Assembly: GCA_964510635.1 (NCBI GenBank) | Contig: CAZEBS010000004.1 | Location: 68,165-132,164 of the forward strand | DNA: 64,000 nt | Direction: 5' to 3' | Source: an uncultured Candidatus Bathyarchaeia archaeon | GTDB lineage: Archaea > Thermoproteota > Bathyarchaeia > Bathyarchaeales > Bathyarchaeaceae | In this document: in pieces, positions 48,053 through 56,691 of the stretch | How positions within the stretch are numbered: the first letter of the stretch is position 1 | How the letters are laid out: each line of letters opens with the position of its first letter | Program-made: the position numbers and the translations under genes | Notes under the pieces: generated by a model | What the model saw: only the letters and a program-made list of their open reading frames with translations | Database searches by the model: none | Told to the model about the DNA's origin: nothing

Positions 48053-49228
48053 TTAGAAGCCTATGAGCAGCTGCACTAATGGACTTAAGACGAAATTTAC
48101 GCCAAAAGCGACCAATGCGATGGTTAAAGCCTTTCTCCAGCTAGTCTCCACCATGAGACGCACTACAACTGCGGCAAGAAGGGCTGTCCAAATGCTTCCT
48201 ATCACCGGAAGGTATAAGGACACAGTGTATGCTGGAAGGGGAACCCACAACTCGTTAAGCACAGTTTGTGTGATGGCAGGGTCTAGGTACCAGTTTATAG
48301 GTGGAAGAGTTGCGATGAAGGCTGTGTTTACGAGAGTGTAAACAGCTGAGGTGATGTAAGTATATCCGATTATGACAAGAAGATTAGCCCAGCGTCCAAG
48401 ATCTTCTTGGAAAAGCTTTGCTACAACCAGCAGAACAGCTGACCAGAGAATCCAATCCATGATGAACGGCACTCCAAGATTAAGTAATGCAAGCTGAATC
48501 ACCCCGCCAGATCCTGCAGCTTCAATGAAGGGAACAAATTTCCTGAAAAACAAGCCATCAACTTTCATTGTCAGATTCGCCGAGGATGACCAATCCAGCT
48601 TGAACTCTATTCCTGTTATGCTTTGCCAGTCAGGAGAATTGGTTGAAGTCCAGCCCTGATCTGAACCAACAGTAAGGGTGACGTTTGCCCATTCTCCGCT
48701 TGAGGCCAAGAAAGAGGTTATGTCTGATTCAAAGTAGCTGTCTTCGCTACCAGAGAACAATTTCAGGGTTCCTCCACTTGGAGACGATTCTCCTTCATTG
48801 ATCCATTTGAGCCAGAAGAACAGTTCCTTTTGACTCGCCTCTGAACAGCTGATGGGCTCTATATCCGCGAGCTTCAGCCATATGCTTGTTTCGTCAGGGG
48901 CTAAAGAGCTGATGCTGTGGTTACCATCTAAGTTGCCCATCTGATAATGGGTATCGTCCAGTAAAGGCAATCCGTTAGAGGTCCAGTTGTGCTGGCCGGT
49001 AAGCATTTCGGTCCAGTCATCAGTTTCAGGTGTTCTGGTTTCGAGTGTAAGCTTCGAAGCAACGACATACTGTGAGACTATCATAGAAGCTATAACGAGC
49101 ACTAGGACCAGAATGACTCCTTTGAAGTCACGGTTTTCAATGATTTTTTTGAAAGCCTTAACCGGAGAATACAGAACCTCAAATACTTCCTGAACAAACA
49201 TCTTCACCGAGTTCTCCACAACATTCAA
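48053..49228 (-). CDS. Yip1-like membrane protein with a large inserted extracellular domain
   Basis: VLYSPVKAF N-terminus and one TM, then about 180 aa Trp/Ser-rich loop, then four C-terminal TMs. Confidence 0.65.
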   Translation of the reverse strand: MNVVENSVKMFVQEVFEVLYSPVKAFKKIIENRDFKGVILVLVLVIASMIVSQYVVASKLTLETRTPETDDWTEMLTGQHNWTSNGLPLLDDTHYQMGNLDGNHSISSLAPDETSIWLKLADIEPISCSEASQKELFFWLKWINEGESSPSGGTLKLFSGSEDSYFESDITSFLASSGEWANVTLTVGSDQGWTSTNSPDWQSITGIEFKLDWSSSANLTMKVDGLFFRKFVPFIEAAGSGGVIQLALLNLGVPFIMDWILWSAVLLVVAKLFQEDLGRWANLLVIIGYTYITSAVYTLVNTAFIATLPPINWYLDPAITQTVLNELWVPLPAYTVSLYLPVIGSIWTALLAAVVVRLMVETSWRKALTIALVAFGVNFVLSPLVQLLIGF

Positions 49229-49468
49229 TGCCTATCTGCATGTGTTTCTTATTTAGCTAAAGTGTCCCATTAACCGCCTAATAACTGTTAACGTCAAACT
49301 GCCTAATCGCTCAAAAAGCACAAAAATCGGAAGCTTGACCAACGAGGAAAAGGTTCATTAATACCGAACAGCCAAGGTAAGGACAAGGGAAGTCTGGTCA
49401 GTTAATGGCGCTATCAAATGCAATACGTTTTTGCATTACTGGTGTAGGGTTCGCAGAACTTTTTTGTT

Positions 49469-50077
49469 GTGAGGAACTTGATTAGCCGTTTAAGAGCTCT
49501 GATTAAACGAGTTAGATTGTACATTCAAATCACTGAGATGGGGCCTATAGCAAGAAGGTATTTTGTGAAAAACGGTTTTGACGGCTCCATGACCATGCTC
49601 GGAATAATTGTGGGCGCATGGGTTGTGAACGTTACGCAACCAGAAATTGTTGTGACTGCTGGTTTAGGCGCTTGTTTGGCAATGGGAATTTCAGGGATAT
49701 CCGGCGCATACATGACTGAAAGGGCTGAAAGAAAAAGAGGCCTTAAGGACCTTGAATCCGCAATGATAACTAAACTTGATGATTGCGTGATATCTGATGC
49801 CACCCGTTTTGTTTCCCTCTACGCTGCCCTAGTTGACGGAGGGTCACCAATTTTAACTGCCCTTATTTCGTTGTCACCCTTTTTCCTTCTGTTACAGGGG
49901 TTAATAGCAGTTCAAGTCACCTACATCGCATCTCTTGTAGTGACTTTGATAACTCTGTTTATGCTTGGCGTGTACCTAGGAAAAGTTGCCAAAGAAAACG
50001 CTCTACTTTACGGACTCCAAACACTGATAGCTGGAGTAGCAACAGTAGTAATCGCACTGCTGCTGGGAGCAGTCTAG
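49469..50077 (+). CDS. VIT1/CCC1-like membrane protein
   Basis: RRYFVKNGFDG and SGAYMTERAE motifs; multi-TM. Confidence 0.8.
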   Translation: MRNLISRLRALIKRVRLYIQITEMGPIARRYFVKNGFDGSMTMLGIIVGAWVVNVTQPEIVVTAGLGACLAMGISGISGAYMTERAERKRGLKDLESAMITKLDDCVISDATRFVSLYAALVDGGSPILTALISLSPFFLLLQGLIAVQVTYIASLVVTLITLFMLGVYLGKVAKENALLYGLQTLIAGVATVVIALLLGAV

Positions 50078-50143
50078 CAGGGTTGGGCCAAAACTCCGTT
50101 AATTCTCCCGTTGTTGCAAAAGATTTAGGATGTCTAAACTGTT

Positions 50144-50440
50144 TTACATTCGTGCAGATTGGTCTTGAGGCGTTGTTACTTCTTCAACAATTCTTTTTCC
50201 AGCCGCAACCTCGTCAATAGAGTGGATAGTAGCACCAAATTCCTGTAGTTTACTTCTGATCTCCTCGTAGTTTATCGAGATTCCAGCAACAATTATTTTT
50301 GCGTTTTCGACTTGCTGGTCTATCTCGTTGATAATGATGTTTACTCCTTCCACTCCATTTAAGTGGCTGAGAGCTTCTGAGACTTCAACAACGCTGGGTT
50401 TATGGGGCTTTAAGACATCTAGTACAAGTCTTCGTATCAT
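50144..50440 (-). CDS. DUF211 family protein
   Basis: IRRLVLDVLKPH and GATIHSIDEVAAG motifs. Confidence 0.9.
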   Translation of the reverse strand: MIRRLVLDVLKPHKPSVVEVSEALSHLNGVEGVNIIINEIDQQVENAKIIVAGISINYEEIRSKLQEFGATIHSIDEVAAGKRIVEEVTTPQDQSARM

Positions 50441-50505
50441 CTTAGAACCCGACCATATAGGCTTGGGCGTCTATTTAACCTTTCCCCAGAATAATTAAAC
50501 AGCAA

Positions 50506-51501
50506 TCAGGCCATTCTTATCCAAGAGGAGATTTCTTCGATTGACGGATATTCGTCCTTAGAAATCTTGCCTTCGTCAACATAGTTCTTGGCGATTTCGC
50601 TCACTTTTCTACTAAGCTTAATCAAATCCTGACCCGCCAGCTCCTTTCTTGATTTCACACCCACTTCTAATAGTATTTCAGCGTCATTCGCGTCTACTCC
50701 CGGAACCATCATAAGCTGACCTATTGATTGCAGGTTCTCAGCCATCTCTTGTGAAACTCGCGTCTTTTCTCCGATGATAACTGGGTCTGTTGTAAGGAAG
50801 TCGCCAACAGAGTTTATGCCAAGACCACGCAGTTCCTTTCCTAAACTCGGACCAATCCCTTTTATGTCCTCAGGTTTGGCGAAGCTTTTCAGCTCAGCTT
50901 GGTTTGGCACCATGCTTCCCTCGATTCTTTCGAGCCTAACTTTAATTTCTTCCAATTCCGCCCGCTCCTTCTTCAGGTCAGCAGACACCTTTTGTCCGGT
51001 TTCATCTGCTTTCTTCTCTATTGTGGAAATCATGTCCGTGCGAGCCTTTTTGATCATTCTTTTTTGTGCTGCAAGAAGAGCAAGAGTTTCTTTGCCATTT
51101 TCTTCCAAGTCTGTGTTTACTTTAGTGAAGAACTTCTGGTTTACTTTTCTGCCATATTCAATTTGGTCAGCCACTTCAGTTATTGAGGCTTCTTGGGCTT
51201 TCCTGAGGGCAGCCAAGTTTCCGCCTACTTTCAGGAACATCTTAACGATTTCTGGGTCTGGGGGCTGTTTACGGTATGCGATTATGCATGTGACGCCTAG
51301 AAGAATGCATGTTGATGTTACGCATATCCATAGGTAGGTTCCTGCGCTGAGATTGCCGAATAGGGCGCCTAGTATGTAGGGGTTTACGATGGTGTCTGCT
51401 CCCTGATTAACTACCAGAACGGCCATACCAAAAGAACTTAAGATAGCTAAGAAAGTTGCAAAGGCAGATAGCCATACTATCATTCCTCTTTTTACAGCCA
51501 T
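50506..51501 (-). CDS. Membrane-anchored coiled-coil protein with C-terminal DUF4332 (HhH) domain
   Basis: Two N-terminal TMs, coiled coil, IKGIGP..L..LGI, VPGV..LL..GV and PS.EEI..WI motifs. Confidence 0.75.
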   Translation of the reverse strand: MAVKRGMIVWLSAFATFLAILSSFGMAVLVVNQGADTIVNPYILGALFGNLSAGTYLWICVTSTCILLGVTCIIAYRKQPPDPEIVKMFLKVGGNLAALRKAQEASITEVADQIEYGRKVNQKFFTKVNTDLEENGKETLALLAAQKRMIKKARTDMISTIEKKADETGQKVSADLKKERAELEEIKVRLERIEGSMVPNQAELKSFAKPEDIKGIGPSLGKELRGLGINSVGDFLTTDPVIIGEKTRVSQEMAENLQSIGQLMMVPGVDANDAEILLEVGVKSRKELAGQDLIKLSRKVSEIAKNYVDEGKISKDEYPSIEEISSWIRMA

Positions 51502-51754
51502 TAGGTTATGCCTCGTTTTTGCTTATTGTTATTTAGAAGGTTGTGCTGATTGTTGTTTCTGGAGTTTTGCTTTGAAAGTGTTATGAAGGCAGAATTTGTA
51601 TTGAAAATCTAGATGGTTGTTTAGTTTCATTGTTGATTCCGTGGGTGGGAGTCCACAAGTATATTATGTATTAATATTTAATAAATATTCTCTTGTGTCA
51701 ATCGAACAGAACACAAAAAAACAGCCCACAACAACTCAACTAAACGACCATGTT

Positions 51755-53266
51755 TCAGAGTCCGCGCTTAAGTCTTCTGTAAGTATTGTAATCCACGTAT
51801 TCCAAGTTCTTGCTTTCAATTTGATGGCGGACCGTAAACTTCTGCCGCTTATTTGTCTCCAGTATCTGATTGGTTGTCATGAAGGAGTATGCGTCGCTTC
51901 CAGCCCCAGAGCCGTAACTGACAAACACGATTCGTTCATCTGGCTTAGCAACATCCAGCACAGCCGCCAAACCGAGTGGCGAAGCGCCAGAGTACGTGTT
52001 GCCGAAGTTACTTACCTTCAGACCTGGCAGATATTGTTCTTCCTTGAATCCTAGTTGGCGGGCAACTTTGACTGGAAATCTCAGGTTTGGTTGATGAGAA
52101 ACGTAGTAGTCAACGTCTTCGACTTGGAGATTCTGTTGCTTCATAAGCGTTTTGCAGGCTTTCATGACGTGCTTGAAGTAGGCAGGCTCTCCAGTGAATC
52201 GTCCTCCATGTCTGGGGTAGGGCTGCAGGTCTCTTCTCCAGAAGTCTGGCGTGTCCGAGGTACAGGAGTACCAGCCCTCGATCTCAGCAATAACGTCCTG
52301 CATACCGAAGATGAAGGCGGCGGCGCCGAAGCCCACAAAATAGTCCAGTTCGCCTCCGATCTCGTTTCGGGGTGCTGCTTGGGAGTTGTCTGTGCCTATA
52401 GCCATAGCATATTTCATGTTGGACTTTGGGTAATACACCAGAGCGGCTGCGTCCTTGAACATGCTTGTGGCTGCTTTGCACGCGAATTCTGTGTCGATTG
52501 CGTCCATGCTTCGTATGCCATCGTGGGTTTCTACTTTGCCAAGCTTCAGAACTTGGGCAACTTTGGAGGCGATGGGGTTGACAGCGTACGGGTTCGATTC
52601 TGAGCCGACATAAATCTTGCCGATGAGGAATCTGTCCACTCCAGACTGAATCAGAGCTAATTTTCCTGCCTCTACTGCAGCGGTGACAGCGTCTTCGTCA
52701 ATGAAGGGTACAGACCGCTCCATCTGCCCTTCTTTAATCCTGAATTTTGAGGTGTAGACGCCGTATCCGACGATTCCAGGAGTATCGTATTCCTTCTTCG
52801 GTTTCCTGACCTCATATGTTTGGTGGGGATAGTAGCCATCCGCGGGCGTGAAGGCAAGGGAGATTGTCGGAATGATGTCACTTTCGCTTACAGAATGTCT
52901 TCTTCGGAACCGTGGAACAACATCTTTTCCATCAAAACAGGAGATGTCAGTTTTTCCGTCTTCAATCAGGACGTCGGTTAGCCTTCCCGGAACCCTAGTT
53001 TTTCCGTTATGGAAGGCGACAATTCCGTAAATATATGAGCCCATCTTCACGAATCTGTTAGTGGGCTCGCTAACAAGAGTAGAAGCCTCTAGGTTGCCTT
53101 TATCATAGAAGAAGTCTATGTCCTTCATTTTTCCGAAGCTCTTTCTTCCGCAGTTGCCACAGTAATTTTTGCCGCGGAAGTATTCTTTTCCGCAGATAGT
53201 ACATTGGCTGCCTCTCAGTCTGTCTCCGATGTAGGAGACTCGTCTTTCGATAGGTTCACTGCTCAT
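51755..53266 (-). CDS. DUF35 (Zn-ribbon/OB)-HMG-CoA synthase fusion
   Basis: N-terminal CxxC..CxxC and OB region (GRLTD, PRFRR), then HMGS motifs EDAVT, GSESNPY, EFACKAAT, HQPN, GNTYSG and SYGSGAG. ATG 53266 lies just after the thiolase stop. Confidence 0.88.
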   Translation of the reverse strand: MSSEPIERRVSYIGDRLRGSQCTICGKEYFRGKNYCGNCGRKSFGKMKDIDFFYDKGNLEASTLVSEPTNRFVKMGSYIYGIVAFHNGKTRVPGRLTDVLIEDGKTDISCFDGKDVVPRFRRRHSVSESDIIPTISLAFTPADGYYPHQTYEVRKPKKEYDTPGIVGYGVYTSKFRIKEGQMERSVPFIDEDAVTAAVEAGKLALIQSGVDRFLIGKIYVGSESNPYAVNPIASKVAQVLKLGKVETHDGIRSMDAIDTEFACKAATSMFKDAAALVYYPKSNMKYAMAIGTDNSQAAPRNEIGGELDYFVGFGAAAFIFGMQDVIAEIEGWYSCTSDTPDFWRRDLQPYPRHGGRFTGEPAYFKHVMKACKTLMKQQNLQVEDVDYYVSHQPNLRFPVKVARQLGFKEEQYLPGLKVSNFGNTYSGASPLGLAAVLDVAKPDERIVFVSYGSGAGSDAYSFMTTNQILETNKRQKFTVRHQIESKNLEYVDYNTYRRLKRGL

Positions 53267-53268
53267 CT

Positions 53269-54471
53269 TTAGTTCCTCCCCAAAATGTGGACGTATGCTT
53301 TTGTGCCGAAGCCTTCCAACTCTGAGACACAACCCAGCCTTGGTGATTCTCCGTTCACTTCAACTTGTCTGCTCTTAGCTTCTCCTCTGAGTTGCTTGAC
53401 AATCTCAAAGATTTGTGCGCCTCCAGTGGCGCCTAAGGGATTTCCGTCAGCCTTTAAGCCTCCATTCCCGTTCACGAAGAGCTTTCTTCCCTCGATTTCA
53501 TAGAAGTTACAAGAGTCTTTGCAGCTTTCATATATGTCAAGCCAAGCTTTTCCTCGCTTAGAGAAGCCCAAGTCCTCTAAGGATATCATCTCCAAGAGGG
53601 TTGACTGATCGTATAATTCAGCTATCTGAATGTCTTTGATGTCAACTTTAGCCTGTTTGAGAGCTGTCTGCATAGCTAACCTGCTGGCCATGAATCCTGT
53701 TCTGTCTTCCCGTGAGGGAAAGGTGATGTAGTCAGTGGCTGAAGAGGAACCCAAAACATAAACTGGAACGTCTGAAAAACGTTTAGCTGCCTTTGGGCTG
53801 ACAAGAATCAGGGCTGAAGCGCCATCAGATATGGGTGCAAAATCAAAAAGCCCCAAAGCCTTGCAAGCTCTGGTCCGGGCCTTCAACACAGTGTCCACTG
53901 TTATCGGACTTGTGTATTGGGCGAGGGGGTTCTTTGTGGCGTTTTGGTGGTTCTTTACGGAGATTTTGGCAAGAGCCAAGTAGAATTTTTGGAGTTGCTC
54001 TCCAGAGATTCCGTATTTTTTGATGTAGCCTTTGAGTAATAGTTCATGGTTTGCTTCGGGTGTGCATCCTGCGTAGTAGCTCCACGGGTCTTCTAGGAGC
54101 ATGAGGTCGTCTCTGATTTTGTCCCAGCGGTCAGTCATTTTTTCCATCCCGCCCACCAGCACTGTGTCATATTTTCCTGATTGGACTGCGTGGCAGGCAT
54201 TGAGGAGTGCAGAACTGAATGATCTTGTTTTTTCCATGGGAACATGAAGTTCCAAGAGCTCAGAGAAGAAGCCTTCTTCTAGTCCGATTTTGTTTGTGAC
54301 CTGAAGAAAGTAATCTGAAAGGTAGCAGGCATCCAAATCTTTTCGGGTTATGCCTGCGGAATCAAGTGCTTGGAGCCCAGCCTCATCTATAAGAGACTCA
54401 GGGTCTCGTTCGTAGTGTTCTCCAAACTTTGTCCTGCCAACTCCAATTATGGCAGGGCCATTTAATTTCAT
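53269..54471 (-). CDS. Thiolase-fold (SCP2-type) protein lacking canonical catalytic residues
   Basis: GVGRTKFG, GGMEKM, KNH.NA..NP.A, PISDGASA and NGGL motifs. No nucleophile Cys; YDQS replaces HDCF; GNP replaces GHP. Confidence 0.85.
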   Translation of the reverse strand: MKLNGPAIIGVGRTKFGEHYERDPESLIDEAGLQALDSAGITRKDLDACYLSDYFLQVTNKIGLEEGFFSELLELHVPMEKTRSFSSALLNACHAVQSGKYDTVLVGGMEKMTDRWDKIRDDLMLLEDPWSYYAGCTPEANHELLLKGYIKKYGISGEQLQKFYLALAKISVKNHQNATKNPLAQYTSPITVDTVLKARTRACKALGLFDFAPISDGASALILVSPKAAKRFSDVPVYVLGSSSATDYITFPSREDRTGFMASRLAMQTALKQAKVDIKDIQIAELYDQSTLLEMISLEDLGFSKRGKAWLDIYESCKDSCNFYEIEGRKLFVNGNGGLKADGNPLGATGGAQIFEIVKQLRGEAKSRQVEVNGESPRLGCVSELEGFGTKAYVHILGRN

Positions 54472-54694
54472 AAAATCAACGTCCTCTTAGTTGGGATTCT
54501 AATTCTGGAATCATCCTCCTTTAAAGAGTTACCCCTTTCTGGGAAAAAAGGGCTATCTGTTATGTTGAATTGGGCAGGGAGTAGCCCCGTAAACCGCCAT
54601 TTTTTGTCAGACAGGATTGGGTTCAACCGAATTGGGGCTAACAAATCTTTATTTGGCAGCCAACGGTATTCGTAGGATAAGTTGGTAACAGCTT

Positions 54695-55126
54695 ATGTTG
54701 ACAGCGTCTATTGCCGCACTCCAGCTGGATACGTTGCTTGAGCCATCTGGACTAACTGATCTGCTTTTTTTCGCAATCTCTTTTGCCATAATTTTTGCTG
54801 TTCTGTCAGTCATTTTTTATCTGGCAGGCAATGTTGTGGTTGGAACAGGCAGAGCCAGCTTCAAGGACGCCTTTGCCATCTCGGTTCTTGGAACTCTTGT
54901 TTTGATTGTCTGCCTTTCGGTTTTTAGTCTAGAGCTCGCGATTATTCTTTCTTTAGTCGCTTGGCTGCTTTTGGTCAGGCATTACTATGAAACAGGATTT
55001 TTTGGTGCCATCGCCGTGGGATTAACGTCAGTGGTTGTTGCCGTGGTTATTTTGGTTCTTTTGAATATGTTCTTGGGATTTTCAACAATACTTTTCAAGT
55101 GGTTGCCTATTCTTTCAATACTCTAG
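54695..55126 (+). CDS. Hypothetical membrane protein
   Basis: 143 aa, four TMs. Confidence 0.65.
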   Translation: MLTASIAALQLDTLLEPSGLTDLLFFAISFAIIFAVLSVIFYLAGNVVVGTGRASFKDAFAISVLGTLVLIVCLSVFSLELAIILSLVAWLLLVRHYYETGFFGAIAVGLTSVVVAVVILVLLNMFLGFSTILFKWLPILSIL

Positions 55127-55151
55127 TTCCAATCATGATGGAGACAAAGAA

Positions 55152-55685
55152 GTGAATCCGAAACAAAAAACGGTCATCTTGGGTTTAGTTTTTCTGTTGT
55201 TGCTGGTTTTTGCTTACGTAGAGAACAGTTCCTTTTTCGGAAGTTTAAGAGATGTTTTTTCGAATGCGCCCTTGGCTGTTTTCTTCATTTTTGTTCATAA
55301 CGTTTTGGTGGTCTCGCTGATTCTGCTTGGGATGACTTTCTATGTTGGGCTTGTCTTGAATTTCATGTCTAAAAATGAGACAGACTATGTGGTTCTTCAT
55401 AACCCGCGCATATTCGCCTTTGTTTTTACGGTTATGGTGATTTTCATCAGCATTCTCAGGGCAAGCACCCTGGTTTACGGCAAGGTCTTTGTAGAAACTC
55501 TGGTTCTGGTCATTCTCTTGAGCACGCCAAACGCCATTATCGAAGGATATGGAATATTTCAGACGATAGAAAGGACATTGAAAAGAAACATGACCACGAA
55601 GGCTCTCGCGGGAATCTACTTGCTTTTCTTGATAGCTGCCCTCATAGAAGTGGGCTACATATACCTTTTGAGAGCAATGGTTTAG
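55152..55685 (+). CDS. SpoIIM/DUF95-like membrane protein
   Basis: IFVHN, PNAIIE and IAALIE motifs; multi-TM. Confidence 0.6.
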   Translation: MNPKQKTVILGLVFLLLLVFAYVENSSFFGSLRDVFSNAPLAVFFIFVHNVLVVSLILLGMTFYVGLVLNFMSKNETDYVVLHNPRIFAFVFTVMVIFISILRASTLVYGKVFVETLVLVILLSTPNAIIEGYGIFQTIERTLKRNMTTKALAGIYLLFLIAALIEVGYIYLLRAMV

Positions 55686-55936
55686 GCTTTTTTTGGTTTG
55701 ACCTGTTCAGTGATTATCATTGTTGTTGTGAGGAAGACGTCGGGGAGCACCCTGAGTTTGTCTGTCAGGAACTTGTCCATTTGAGCTATGTCCTTGACGT
55801 CTATTTTTATGACGATGTCGTTTTCTCCAATGACAAGGTTTGCTTCCACAACCTCGTTGAATTTGGCGATTTGTTTCAGGAATTCCCTCTCTGAACCCGA
55901 CTGCACTGTAATCAGAACATACGCAAGCAAAGCCAA
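55682..55936 (-). CDS. Stand-alone Lrp/AsnC ligand-binding (RAM) domain protein
   Basis: AYVLI, V.GENDIV and T.TMI motifs. Confidence 0.85.
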   Translation of the reverse strand: MALLAYVLITVQSGSEREFLKQIAKFNEVVEANLVIGENDIVIKIDVKDIAQMDKFLTDKLRVLPDVFLTTTMIITEQVKPKKA

Positions 55937-55996
55937 TTTCTCCAGTCCATCATGGTTGCCGTGGCAGAACTTAACTTTTTGGATTGTATTCTGCTG

Positions 55997-56050
55997 TTTT
56001 TCCGAAAAAATACTGTTTTCAACAATGTACCTCTATTAGGCTCCTAATAG
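55997..56050 (-). repeat. Dispersed ~55-bp double-palindrome element, copy 4
   Basis: GAAAAAATACTGTTTTCAACAATGTACCTCTATTAGG-CT-CCTAATAG on +. Confidence 0.9.
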
Positions 56051-56065
56051 GGTGTGGCTGGGTTG

Positions 56066-56266
56066 TTACTTGGCTTTGGTTATTAGGAGAAAGACTCCTG
56101 CTGCCAAGATTACTATGCCAATGAGTGTGAATATTCCTGGAAAGTGGCTGATGTCTCCGGGTGGGGGATTAGTGGAGTCGATTGCAACTAGTGCGCCTAT
56201 GATGATGAGTATTAACCCCAATAGTTTCTCGATTATCCCTAATACCATGGGTCTATCCTCGGTCAT
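56066..56266 (-). CDS. Small two-TM membrane protein
   Basis: 66 aa, two hydrophobic helices, GAGGG upstream. Confidence 0.65.
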   Translation of the reverse strand: MTEDRPMVLGIIEKLLGLILIIIGALVAIDSTNPPPGDISHFPGIFTLIGIVILAAGVFLLITKAK

Positions 56267-56691
56267 GCCAGAACCCTCAAGGTTTTATGTTACAGTCCCA
56301 AGACTTATTTTAATTTATCTAATACTCAGCGTTAAAAACATAATAAGGTTGAAATGATGCTTATGCGCGCGCATAAAGGAGTTTGCTGGGGTTCTGGAAA
56401 GAAGGAAGCAGGACAACATGAACAAACCTGCACATTCTGGTGGAATGTAAACTTTCCAAAGCCCACTCAGCCTCTTGCAGTGCAAGCATTTTATTTGTGA
56501 AGAATAGGGGTTTGCTGAGGCTTCTGCACGGTGTCAAAAAATTGGGAATGAAAAAACAATAGGAGAAAACAATGGAACTTAGACTACTATTGCTTTTTGC
56601 GAATTTCATTCCGTGCATGAGCCTTTTCAGCCCCATTTTCTTCAGTTAAGTTTTACTCCCAAAAAAAGAAGGGAGGGAAATTTTGGGTGGT

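Noticed and set aside
50774-52603. Long antisense ORFs (187, 145 and 182 aa) and similar shadow ORFs throughout the window
   Set aside because: They lie opposite well-supported genes and carry no motifs.
12196-56050. 55-bp repeat read as a CRISPR repeat (contains ATTGTTGAAA)
   Set aside because: Copies are isolated and kilobases apart, with no repeat-spacer array and no cas genes.
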